Of a stretch of 24,000 bases of DNA, positions 10,696-19,665 are shown one piece after another (the stretch's first letter is position 1; each line of letters starts with the position of its first letter). This DNA comes from Romboutsia sp. 1001713B170131_170501_G6 (lineage in GTDB: Bacteria > Bacillota > Clostridia > Peptostreptococcales > Peptostreptococcaceae): positions 1-24,000 of the forward strand of contig NZ_JADPFC010000012.1 in the NCBI RefSeq assembly GCF_015668195.1. The letters are read 5' to 3'. A program made the position numbers and the translations under genes. The notes under the pieces are model-generated. The model was not told where the DNA came from. It worked only from the letters and a program-made list of their open reading frames with translations, and searched no databases.

Positions 10696-10728
10696 AATAA
10701 GGCTACATATACAATATGTAACCTTATT
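10696..10728 (-). terminator. Long hairpin between the yedF-like and DUF3343 genes (possible attenuator or weak terminator)
   Basis: Stem of about 15 bp, AATAAGGTTACATAT/ATATGTAGCCTTATT, with one G-U pair and a 3-nt loop. It is followed by T/A-rich rather than pure U sequence on the minus strand. Confidence 0.55.
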
Positions 10729-10735
10729 ATGTCCA

Positions 10736-11326
10736 TTATATAGATATAGTTTGTAATGAGTTATTCATTACTTCTACAATATTATACATATTAGTAACTG
10801 TACCTACTTGTAATGATTCTTTTAAATTATAATAATCTAAACATGTACCACAAGATAGTACTTCTACTCCATTACTTTCTAGTATTTTTAAGTTTTCTAC
10901 TGTAGCTTCATTTACTGTTGTAAGTCTTACTCCTGAATTGACAAATACTATGTGTTTTGGATATGGCTTAGTTTCTGTCAAAGTGTATATATATCCTTTT
11001 ATAAGAACTTCTCCTAGTTCATCATTTCCTTGTCCCATTTTATCTGAAGATATAAATATACACTTATTATCTAGATCGACCTTCGTGTCTTCTTCTATTT
11101 TTACATTTTCACCTTTTATTATTTCAACTACTATTAAATCTTCTTCTTCTCTTAAAACGCTACTTTCACAATTAGATGACTTTGATAACTTTATTATATT
11201 TTCTTTTGCCATTGTATTATCTACTGTGACTCTTATAACTCCATTTTCTAACTTATCTAATTCTTTCTTTGTATTTATTACTGGCTTTGGACACGCTAGT
11301 CCTCTTGCATCTATTTCTATTAGCAT
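10736..11326 (-). CDS. yedF: Selenium metabolism protein YedF-like (SirA/TusA domain plus DsrE-like domain)
   Basis: 196 aa. N-terminal IDARGLACPKPVINTKKEL (CPxP) TusA-like domain, and a C-terminal domain with GVEVLSCGTCLDYYNLKESLQVGTVTNMYNIVE. Confidence 0.85.
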   Translation of the reverse strand: MLIEIDARGLACPKPVINTKKELDKLENGVIRVTVDNTMAKENIIKLSKSSNCESSVLREEEDLIVVEIIKGENVKIEEDTKVDLDNKCIFISSDKMGQGNDELGEVLIKGYIYTLTETKPYPKHIVFVNSGVRLTTVNEATVENLKILESNGVEVLSCGTCLDYYNLKESLQVGTVTNMYNIVEVMNNSLQTISI

Positions 11327-11529
11327 AATATCCTCTCCTTACATATTCCTTAAAATAATTCTATCACATATGTAAATTTAAACGTTATAGATTATTTCTA
11401 TACAATTACTTATCAAATTAATTTTAATTATAAGAAATTTATTTCTTTGATTTTATCGAAATACACGGCTAACTTTCAAATTGTTTATCTTATGACTTAA
11501 TTTCAAGATGAATATCCTATAAACTTATT

Positions 11530-11573
11530 AAAAATAAAACAGATATAGCAAATGCTATATCTGTTTTATTTTT
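11530..11573 (-). terminator. Terminator of the XRE-TPR regulator gene
   Basis: Nearly perfect 20-21 bp inverted repeat AAAAATAAAACAGATATAGCA/TGCTATATCTGTTTTATTTTT, immediately after the stop codon. Confidence 0.85.
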
Positions 11574-12866
11574 CTATATTATTTCTAAATTTTTATATAA
11601 AACTACCCCTTTGTGGTAGTACTCTAATTCTTTTTCCTTAGATATATTTGAATATAATTCTCCTAACTCAATATATAATTCAGCTAGTGTTTTAGTATCT
11701 CCCAATTCAGATACTATGTTTGCACACTTATATAGGTATTCTATAGCCGATGTATTTTCATTTTGTGCTTTGTGTATCTTAGAATACAACTTTAAAGCTT
11801 TATATTCGTTGCACTTGTTTTTTGATTTTATAGATAATGCTAGCGCTACTTTACAATACTTTTTAGCTTCTTCAAAATCTTTATTTTCAATATATGCATC
11901 TACTATTTTAGATAAACTCTTTATAGTTATCTTATCTTCACTATTTTTATTTATATTATAGGCTTTTTGAGAATACTCTAAAACCTTATCTATATTTCCT
12001 AGGTTTTTATATATATCAGATATTCTCAGATAAACATTTGCTATTCCTGATTTATTTTCTTCTTCCTCTAATAACTCTAATGCCCTTTTAAAACATTCCT
12101 TAGAATCATCATACTTTCCAGCTCTTAAGAAATTATTAGCCTTTAATAACAACATATCTATTTCTTCTTTTATATTATTTTGCATTTCTATATCACTAAT
12201 CTTATTTATATAGTATAAAGACTTTTCAGAGTCATTTAACTTCATGTAAGAATATGCCATATTACTATATAAATCTTTATGAATACTCATATCTTCGATT
12301 TGACCCTCTAGCAGTAAGTCCTCTGCAAATCCTAGATGTGTTATAGCACCTTTGAAAAATGCTTCTTGTACATATACTTTTCCTATATTTAAATAACATC
12401 TAAATATATTTTCTTTATCATTATCTTTTATAAAATAATACAAAGCTTTTTCTAAATTTCCAACTACAAGATTATAGTCTTCTTTTTTTAGATTGATTGT
12501 TCCTAATAAAAAATTACATTTCCCATAATTATCTATTAAATTAAATTTTTTGCATATACTTAAAACTTTATTTATTAATTCTTCCGCTTTTTCAAGTTCT
12601 CCTCTTTTTATATGAATTTCACTTTGAAGAATTAAGTTATCTGTTATCCTTCTAGATTGCATTTCTTTAGTCTCTAGTAAATAGTCTACACTTACTTCTA
12701 ACTTTTGTGATAAGTAATCTAATAACTCATGACTTGTATGAGATTTATCTCTCTCTATATGACTTATTTGAGCTGCTGTTATTCTATCTCCAGCTAACTC
12801 TTTTAATGTCATATTTTTTTCTTTTCTTAGTTTCTTAATTTTCTCTCCTAAGCTTAGAATGTCCAT
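11574..12866 (-). CDS. XRE-family HTH plus TPR-repeat transcriptional regulator
   Basis: 430 aa. N-terminal HTH LGEKIKKLRKEKNMTLKELAGDRITAAQISHIERDKSHTSHELLDYLSQKL, followed by tandem TPR-like helices. Confidence 0.88.
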   Translation of the reverse strand: MDILSLGEKIKKLRKEKNMTLKELAGDRITAAQISHIERDKSHTSHELLDYLSQKLEVSVDYLLETKEMQSRRITDNLILQSEIHIKRGELEKAEELINKVLSICKKFNLIDNYGKCNFLLGTINLKKEDYNLVVGNLEKALYYFIKDNDKENIFRCYLNIGKVYVQEAFFKGAITHLGFAEDLLLEGQIEDMSIHKDLYSNMAYSYMKLNDSEKSLYYINKISDIEMQNNIKEEIDMLLLKANNFLRAGKYDDSKECFKRALELLEEEENKSGIANVYLRISDIYKNLGNIDKVLEYSQKAYNINKNSEDKITIKSLSKIVDAYIENKDFEEAKKYCKVALALSIKSKNKCNEYKALKLYSKIHKAQNENTSAIEYLYKCANIVSELGDTKTLAELYIELGELYSNISKEKELEYYHKGVVLYKNLEII

Positions 12867-13064
12867 ATTAAAATTTCCCCCTTGAAACCATTTTCTTATA
12901 AGATGATTATAACTTAAATTTATATTAAAAACACTATGTATTTTGTAATATTTTACCTATTTATGTAGGTTTAATTAAATTTTCTTTTAGTTTTTTGTTA
13001 ATATAAAGCAAATTTAACTTTATTTTCAATTTATATATTTTAAAATTTATCTATGTACTTTCAT

Positions 13065-13107
13065 AAAAAAAGGTGTCTTAAAAATTATTTTAAGACACCT
13101 TTTTTTT
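13065..13107 (-). terminator. Terminator of the parA-parB-cysteine desulfurase transcript
   Basis: Perfect inverted repeat AAAAAAAGGTGTCTTAAAA/TTTTAAGACACCTTTTTTT just after the cysteine desulfurase stop. Confidence 0.9.
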
Positions 13108-13113
13108 TATCTG

Positions 13114-14256
13114 TTAGTTATTTTTAGAAATTTCTTTTAAAGCCTCTACGGCTTTATCTATTTCTTCTTTAGTATTAAAGTACCCTAAGCTAAATCTAAC
13201 TGCACCTTGCTCTAGGGTTCCTAAAGTTTTATGAGCTAATGGCGCACAGTGTATACCAGATCTAGTGGCTATATCATATTCACTATCTAGTATAAAAGTT
13301 ATCTCTCCAGAATCCATATCTCCAATATTTATTGCTATAACTGCTGCCCTTTTTTTGCTATCTTTAGTACCATATATCTTTATATTAGGAACTTCTTCTA
13401 ATTTATCTAACATATACTGACATAGTTCTTCTTCATGTAATCTTATATTATCTATACCTTTTTCTAATATAAATTTTACTCCTTCATTTAATCCTGCTAT
13501 TCCAGGAGTATTGTGTGTTCCAGATTCATATCTATCAGGAACTATTTCAGGTTGAAATAAGTCCTCTGATTTACTTCCTGTTCCACCTTCTTTTAAAATA
13601 TCTACACTAAGGCCTTCTCTTATATATAAGATACCTGTTCCTTGAGGTCCAAGTAAGCACTTATGGCCTGGAGCAGCTATCATATCTACATTCATATCTT
13701 TTACATCAATAGAATACACTCCCGCTGTTTGTGATGCATCTACTAAGTATAATATATTATTTTCTTTAGCTATCTCTCCTACGGCTTTTATGTCTACTAA
13801 AGTTCCTACTACATTTGATGCATGAGTAGTTACTATTAATTTCGTATTTGGTTTTATTGCATTTTTTATATCATTTACGTCTAAGAAACCTTCTTTATTG
13901 CAGTTAACTATTGTATTTGAGATTCCTCTTGCTTCTAGGGATTTTATTGGTCTTATTACAGAATTATGCTCCATACTTGTTGTTATTATATGGTCGCCTT
14001 CTTTGACAGCACCTTTTATAGCTAAATTTAATGAATCAGTAGCATTATTTGTAAATATTATATTCATAGGATTATCTATATTAAATAACTTTGCTATATT
14101 TTCTCTTGCGTCATAAATCTCTCTTGCTGCCCTCATAGCCATTTTATGTCCAGCTCTTCCTGGATTAGCACAATATTTTTTCATACAATCCATTATAGAA
14201 TCATAAACTTGCTCTGGTTTAGGGTATGTAGTTGCAGCATTGTCTAAGTAAATCAT
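13114..14256 (-). CDS. Cysteine desulfurase family protein (class V aminotransferase, Se-associated subgroup likely)
   Basis: 380 aa. MIYLDNAATTYPKP, GDHIITTSMEHNSV, VDASQTAG, APGHKCLLGPQGTG (PLP lysine) and SGIHCAPLAH (catalytic Cys region). Confidence 0.92.
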   Translation of the reverse strand: MIYLDNAATTYPKPEQVYDSIMDCMKKYCANPGRAGHKMAMRAAREIYDARENIAKLFNIDNPMNIIFTNNATDSLNLAIKGAVKEGDHIITTSMEHNSVIRPIKSLEARGISNTIVNCNKEGFLDVNDIKNAIKPNTKLIVTTHASNVVGTLVDIKAVGEIAKENNILYLVDASQTAGVYSIDVKDMNVDMIAAPGHKCLLGPQGTGILYIREGLSVDILKEGGTGSKSEDLFQPEIVPDRYESGTHNTPGIAGLNEGVKFILEKGIDNIRLHEEELCQYMLDKLEEVPNIKIYGTKDSKKRAAVIAINIGDMDSGEITFILDSEYDIATRSGIHCAPLAHKTLGTLEQGAVRFSLGYFNTKEEIDKAVEALKEISKNN

Positions 14257-14276
14257 ATAAATTTCCTCACTTTACA

Positions 14277-15152
14277 TTAATTATCTTCAAGCATCATTGA
14301 TATTATATTATTTAATTCTTCATCATTATAATATTCTATCTCTATTTTTCCCTTTTTCTTCCCTTTTGATATATTTACTTTTGTTCCAAATATATTCATA
14401 AGTTTTTCTTCTACATCAACTATAAATATATCTTTCTCTTTTATTTTCTTTGGTACTTCTTTTGTATTATTTTCTGCAATAGTTTTAACTAAATTTTCAG
14501 TTGCTCTAACTGAAAGCTCTTCTTCTATAACTCTCTTTGCTAATTCTTCTTGTAACTCTTTGTCTGATATTCTAAGTAATGCCTTACCATGGCCAGCTGT
14601 CATTTGACAACTTTCTATCATCTTCATTACTGCTTCTCCAAGATTTAATAACCTTAAAGTATTTGTTATATGTGGTCTACTTTTTCCTACTGCTTCTGAT
14701 ATTTCTTCTTGAGTGACTTTATAATGGTCTATTAATCCTTTGTAAGCTAAGGCTTCTTCAATAGAGTTTAAATCTTCTCTTTGTAAGTTCTCTATCAAAG
14801 CTATCTCCATTATATCTTTCATTGGTATATCTTTAATAACAACAGGAACTTCTTTTAATTTTGCCATCTTAGATGCTCTGTATCTTCTTTCTCCTGCTAT
14901 TATCATATATTTGCCATTTTCATCTGGCTTTACTACTATTGGTTGTAATACCCCATAGTTTTTTATAGATTCTGATAAAATTTGTATTTTCTCTTCATCA
15001 AACACTTTTCTTGGCTGAGTTTCATTAGGATATATATTCTTTAATTCTATACTTATTATATCTTTACTATCTATTCCTTCTTTAATTTCTGGAATTAAGG
15101 CACTAAGACCTCTTCCTAATCTATTTGTTCTTTTAGACGATTTTTTTTCCAT
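14277..15152 (-). CDS. parB: Chromosome partitioning protein ParB / Spo0J
   Basis: 291 aa. RLGRGLSALIPE, NETQPRKVFD, IAGERRYRASK, ALIENLQREDLN, and HTH TQEEISEAVGKSRPHITNTLRLL. Confidence 0.95.
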   Translation of the reverse strand: MEKKSSKRTNRLGRGLSALIPEIKEGIDSKDIISIELKNIYPNETQPRKVFDEEKIQILSESIKNYGVLQPIVVKPDENGKYMIIAGERRYRASKMAKLKEVPVVIKDIPMKDIMEIALIENLQREDLNSIEEALAYKGLIDHYKVTQEEISEAVGKSRPHITNTLRLLNLGEAVMKMIESCQMTAGHGKALLRISDKELQEELAKRVIEEELSVRATENLVKTIAENNTKEVPKKIKEKDIFIVDVEEKLMNIFGTKVNISKGKKKGKIEIEYYNDEELNNIISMMLEDN

Positions 15153-15153
15153 A

Positions 15154-15960
15154 TTATATTATATCCTCCTCTAAATCTATGAACTCTTCTGCTAAGTCCA
15201 TGTATGCCTCTGCTCCCCTGCATCTTGCATCATAATATATAACTGGCTTTCCATGACTAGGTGCTTCTGCTAATCTAACATTTCTAGGAATTAATGTAGT
15301 ATATACACTTCCCTTGAAATACCTTTTTACCTCTTCAACTACCTGTATTGATAAATTAGCTCTTCCATCAAACATACTAAGGACTACTCCTTGTATCTCT
15401 ATATTGGGATTAAGTCTAGATTTAACTAGCTTTATAGTTTCCATAAGCTGACTTACACCTTCTAGCGCATAATATTCACACTGTATTGGTATTAATACAC
15501 TATCTACTGCTGTAAGACAGTTTATAGTTAGCATTCCTAATGAAGGAGGACAATCTATAAATATATAGTCATAATCTTTTCTTACGCATTCTATAGCATT
15601 TTTTAATACATATTCTCTTTTGTCCATATTAGTAAGCTCTATTTCTGCTCCTGATAACTCAGTTGCTGAAGCAATGGTATCTACATTTTCAAACTCTGTA
15701 GGTAAAATTGCCTCTCTTATATCTACATCATCTAACATTACTTCATATATAGTGTTTTCTACCTCTTTTTTCTCTATTCCATATCCACTAGTTGTATTTC
15801 CTTGTGGATCTAAATCTAGCACTAGTACTTTTTTACCCATCTTTCCTATACTTGCACTTAAATTTACATTAGTTGTAGTTTTTCCTACTCCACCTTTTTG
15901 ATTAAAAACTGCTATAACTTTTCCCACAAGATTTCCCCCCTTGTTTCTTCTAAAATTCAC
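15154..15960 (-). CDS. soj: Chromosome partitioning ATPase ParA / Soj
   Basis: 268 aa, deviant Walker A FNQKGGVGKTTTNVNLSA, DLDPQGNTTSGYG, DYIFIDCPPSLG. The track start has extra N-terminal residues; Met MGKVIAVFNQKGG or an MRK-type start may be the real one. Confidence 0.96.
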   Translation of the reverse strand: MNFRRNKGGNLVGKVIAVFNQKGGVGKTTTNVNLSASIGKMGKKVLVLDLDPQGNTTSGYGIEKKEVENTIYEVMLDDVDIREAILPTEFENVDTIASATELSGAEIELTNMDKREYVLKNAIECVRKDYDYIFIDCPPSLGMLTINCLTAVDSVLIPIQCEYYALEGVSQLMETIKLVKSRLNPNIEIQGVVLSMFDGRANLSIQVVEEVKRYFKGSVYTTLIPRNVRLAEAPSHGKPVIYYDARCRGAEAYMDLAEEFIDLEEDII

Positions 15961-16003
15961 TTTTTCAAATTTTATAGTATAAAATTTTTAATTCTAATTT
16001 TGA

Positions 16004-16035
16004 TAAAAAAAGGCTACTGCCAAGCAGTAACCTTA
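16004..16035 (-). terminator. Terminator after the noc-like gene
   Basis: AAGGTTACTG-CTTGG-CAGTAGCCTT hairpin (one G-U pair) followed by TTTTT on the minus strand. It overlaps the stop codon. Confidence 0.8.
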
Positions 16036-16818
16036 CTTTTTAGGAATTTTTACAACAACCTCCATATAATCGCCCTTATCTACTTCGTTATATTTAGCCT
16101 CAATTCCTGTTCCTATTATAGCATCGAAGGCTTGCTTCATAGTATTTAAGTATATTCTTATAGCCATTGAACTTTTTATATTTTGCTTTTTCTCTGGCTC
16201 TTCAGTTTCTTGTAAATCTTCTAATATATCCTTTATCAACTTTTCTGTTTTCTTTACAGTTAGCTCATTTTTTATTATTTTATCTAAGACATCCTTCATT
16301 AACTCTTCATTTGGTAACTTAAGCAATGCTCTTGCATGTCTTTCTGTTAGGTTATTTTCTACTAATTTTATTTTTATATCACTTGGCAATCTTAGTATTC
16401 TAAGTTTATTAGCTATAGTAGATTGATTCTTTCCTAACTTTTCTGCCAGTTGCTGCTGTGTAAAATCATGTTCTTTTATTAAATTTTCATACCCCATAGC
16501 CTCTTCTATAAAATTTAAATCTTCTCTTTGTAAATTCTCTAGCAGTGCTAATACAGCAGAATATTCGTCAGACATGTTATTTATAATAGCCGGTATTACT
16601 GTTAGATTTGCCAATTTAGCCGCTCTAAATCTTCTTTCTCCAGCAATTAATTCATACTTTTCATCTTTAACTCTAACTGTTATTGGTTGAAGTATTCCAT
16701 AAACTCTTATAGAGTTGCTTAATTCCTCTAATGCTGACTGTGAAAATACTTTTCTTGGTTGATATGGATTTGGAACTATATTTTCTATAGGTATCTCCAC
16801 AACTCTTTTTTCTTCCAT
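16033..16818 (-). CDS. noc: Nucleoid occlusion protein-like ParB paralog
   Basis: 261 aa. IVPNPYQPRKVFS, LIAGERRFRAAK, ENLQREDLNFIEEA, Noc-like HTH TQQQLAEKLGKNQSTIANKLRILRLP. It lies between rsmG and soj as in B. subtilis. Confidence 0.85.
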   Translation of the reverse strand: MEEKRVVEIPIENIVPNPYQPRKVFSQSALEELSNSIRVYGILQPITVRVKDEKYELIAGERRFRAAKLANLTVIPAIINNMSDEYSAVLALLENLQREDLNFIEEAMGYENLIKEHDFTQQQLAEKLGKNQSTIANKLRILRLPSDIKIKLVENNLTERHARALLKLPNEELMKDVLDKIIKNELTVKKTEKLIKDILEDLQETEEPEKKQNIKSSMAIRIYLNTMKQAFDAIIGTGIEAKYNEVDKGDYMEVVVKIPKK

Positions 16819-16975
16819 AACATCCCTCTCTTATTAGATATAAATATATTTGAATTTCATTATTTACTTACAAATTAATACTGCATTAGATACATATGAG
16901 TATACTATTTCTGCATGTAATTATATAATCCTTCTATTTTGTTTTATTTTTAATATATTTTTAATATACCTATCT

Positions 16976-17695
16976 CTATTTTATAGGACTTTTTGCAGGT
17001 TTACCTGCTTTTCTAGGATATTTTTCTGGAGTATTTCTTACTTTTTTGAAAACTAATATATTGTGGTCTAAATCAGTTTCTGGAAGTTCTACATCTATTT
17101 TTTCAATAAATTCCAATCCTAAGACATCCATAGCAGCTTTTGACTCCTCTAGCTCTAAGTTTGCATTAGGTCCTTTTAAACACACAAAATATCCTCCAAC
17201 TTTAACAAATGGTACACAGAATTCCATAAGTATAGGTAATCCTGCAACAGCTCTTGCAGTTGCTATATCATATTGTTCTCTATACTGTTCTGACTTGCCG
17301 AAATCTTCTGCTCTACCGTGTATAAACTCCATATTAGTTAAACCTAAAGTATTACTAACTTCTTTTAAGAAGTTTATTCTTTTGTTTAATGAATCTAAAA
17401 GAGTTACATTAGTATTTTCTAAGCAGATTTTTAATGGTAATCCTGGAAAACCTGCTCCTGTACCAACATCTATTATAGACATTCCATCTTTTATATACCC
17501 ATTAACTACAGCTGAAACAGAGTCCAAGAAGTGCTTTATATACACTTCTTTTTCCTCTTCTATTCCAGTAAGGTTCATCTTTTGATTCCAGTCGACTAGT
17601 AACTCTCTATAAACCTTAAAATCATTTAACATTTTATCGCTTGGCTCTATTCCAAAATCCTTTAGACCTTGTCTTAGCATTTCCGTATTATTCAT
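16976..17695 (-). CDS. rsmG: 16S rRNA (guanine527-N7)-methyltransferase
   Basis: 239 aa, [49 protein letters not shown]. Confidence 0.97.
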   Translation of the reverse strand: MNNTEMLRQGLKDFGIEPSDKMLNDFKVYRELLVDWNQKMNLTGIEEEKEVYIKHFLDSVSAVVNGYIKDGMSIIDVGTGAGFPGLPLKICLENTNVTLLDSLNKRINFLKEVSNTLGLTNMEFIHGRAEDFGKSEQYREQYDIATARAVAGLPILMEFCVPFVKVGGYFVCLKGPNANLELEESKAAMDVLGLEFIEKIDVELPETDLDHNILVFKKVRNTPEKYPRKAGKPAKSPIK

Positions 17696-19619
17696 CTTTT
17701 CCCCCTCTAGTTCTTCTCATTTGTTCTAAGTATATAAGAAGTACTGATATATCAGCTGGTGAAACCCCTGATATACGAGATGCTTGACCTATTGAAACTG
17801 GCTTTATATCATTAAGTTTTTGTCTTGCTTCTATTCTTAAACCATCTATAGTTGAATAGTCTATAGTTTCTGGTAACTTTTTGTTTTCAAGCTTTTTAAA
17901 TTGCTCTATTTGCTTTAATTGCTTGTCTATATATCCTTCATATTTTGTCATTATTACACATTGTTCTTTCACTTCATAGTGAACATCTTCTCCAGCACCT
18001 TTTCCTATAGCTTCGATTAAGTTATAGTTAACCTCTGGACGCTTTAAAAATTCATATAAAGATAATCCTACTTTTATTTCAGATGCTCCCATTTCTACTA
18101 AAAGGTGATTTACTTCCTTAGGAGTAACTCTTTCTGTTTTTAATCTCTCTAACTCTTTTTCTATCTCAGCTTTTTTATCTAAGAATCTATTGTATCTACT
18201 TTCTGTAACTAACCCTAAGTCATATCCTTTTTGAGTAAGTCTCATATCTGCATTATCTTGTCTTAAGTATAATCTATACTCTGATCTAGATGTCATCATT
18301 CTATAAGGTTCATTTGTTCCTTTAGTAACTAAGTCATCTATTAAAACACCTATATAAGCTTCTGATCTATCAAGTACAAATGGCTCTCTTCCTTGTATTT
18401 TACATGCTGCATTTATACCAGCTATAAGACCTTGGGCTGCTGCCTCTTCATATCCTGAAGTACCGTTAAACTGTCCCGCACTAAATAAGTTTTCAACACC
18501 CTTTATTTCAAGTGTTATTTTTAATTGAGTAGGATCTATGCAATCATATTCTATTGCATAAGCAGGTCTCATTATCTTAGCATTTTCAAGACCTTGAATA
18601 CTTTTATACATTTGTAATTGTACTTCATAAGGTAAACTAGTTGATATCCCTTGGATGTACATTTCTTTTGTTTCTCTACCTTCTGGCTCTATAAATATTT
18701 GATGAGATTCCTTATCACTAAATCTAACAACTTTATCTTCTATAGATGGGCAGTATCTTGCTCCTGTACTTTTTGCCTGTCCACTATACATTGCTGTTCT
18801 GCTTAAGTTACTTGTTATTATTTCATGAGTTTTTGTATTTGTTCTTGTTAAATAACAAGGCTCTTGATCTATATTTATTTCATCACTTAGGAAAGAGAAT
18901 GGTGTTATTCTTTTGTCACCCTCTTGTATTTCCATCTTAGTGAAATCTATACTATCTCTGTGAATTCTAGCAGGAGTTCCTGTTTTGAATCTTCTCATAT
19001 TTAATCCTAAATCCACTAGATTATCTGTTAAATGCTTTGAATAACCTAATGCATTAGGTCCTTCATTAATAGTTAATTCTCCTATGAATATCTTAGAGTT
19101 TAAGTAAACTCCTGTTGCTAATATTACAGCTTTAGCTTCATATTGGCATCCAAGTTTAGTAACTACTCCAGTAACAGTTTGACCTTCATGTAATATATCT
19201 ACTACTTCATCCATTACTATATCTATATTAGGTTCATTTTCTAAAGTAGCTTTCATTTCCGTATGATATCTAAATTTATCTGCTTGCCCTCTTAAAGAGT
19301 GAACAGCTGGACCTTTCGCAGTATTTAACATTCTACTTTGTATAAGTGTTTTATCTGCATTTACACCCATTTCACCACCTAAAGCATCTATTTCTTTTAC
19401 TAATTGACCTTTACCTGTTCCTCCCACTGATGGGTTACATGGCATTAGTGCAATAGAGTCTAAAGACATAGTTACTACTAGTGTTTTATGTCCCATTCTG
19501 GCAGTTGCTAAAGCAGCTTCACATCCGGCGTGACCTGCTCCAACTACTATTACATCATATTTTCCTGCTTTGAAATCTATCATGTCAGTATCCTTTCTAC
19601 GTTTATATTTATGTTTCAC
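17688..19619 (-). CDS. mnmG: tRNA uridine-5-carboxymethylaminomethyl modification enzyme MnmG (GidA)
   Basis: 643 aa, [67 protein letters not shown]. Confidence 0.98.
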   Translation of the reverse strand: MKHKYKRRKDTDMIDFKAGKYDVIVVGAGHAGCEAALATARMGHKTLVVTMSLDSIALMPCNPSVGGTGKGQLVKEIDALGGEMGVNADKTLIQSRMLNTAKGPAVHSLRGQADKFRYHTEMKATLENEPNIDIVMDEVVDILHEGQTVTGVVTKLGCQYEAKAVILATGVYLNSKIFIGELTINEGPNALGYSKHLTDNLVDLGLNMRRFKTGTPARIHRDSIDFTKMEIQEGDKRITPFSFLSDEINIDQEPCYLTRTNTKTHEIITSNLSRTAMYSGQAKSTGARYCPSIEDKVVRFSDKESHQIFIEPEGRETKEMYIQGISTSLPYEVQLQMYKSIQGLENAKIMRPAYAIEYDCIDPTQLKITLEIKGVENLFSAGQFNGTSGYEEAAAQGLIAGINAACKIQGREPFVLDRSEAYIGVLIDDLVTKGTNEPYRMMTSRSEYRLYLRQDNADMRLTQKGYDLGLVTESRYNRFLDKKAEIEKELERLKTERVTPKEVNHLLVEMGASEIKVGLSLYEFLKRPEVNYNLIEAIGKGAGEDVHYEVKEQCVIMTKYEGYIDKQLKQIEQFKKLENKKLPETIDYSTIDGLRIEARQKLNDIKPVSIGQASRISGVSPADISVLLIYLEQMRRTRGGKDE

Positions 19620-19665
19620 GAAAAACTTTTTTATAATTGCTTATCTGCATTTTATATTATACACT

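Noticed and set aside
10938-11375. 145-aa plus-strand ORF antisense to the yedF-like gene
   Set aside because: Ser/Thr/Leu-rich shadow ORF of the minus-strand CDS, with no recognisable domain.
11327-11573. Possible signal-peptide ORF downstream of the XRE-TPR regulator
   Set aside because: The ATGs checked lead to very short frames with no secretion-signal-like sequence.
15620-16149. Plus-strand ORFs overlapping soj and the noc-soj gap
   Set aside because: One is antisense to soj and the other spans a minus-strand terminator. Both have low-complexity hydrophobic composition.
17046-17585. 179-aa plus-strand ORF antisense to rsmG
   Set aside because: Long, but explained by the codon bias of the opposing rsmG gene. 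No recognisable motifs.
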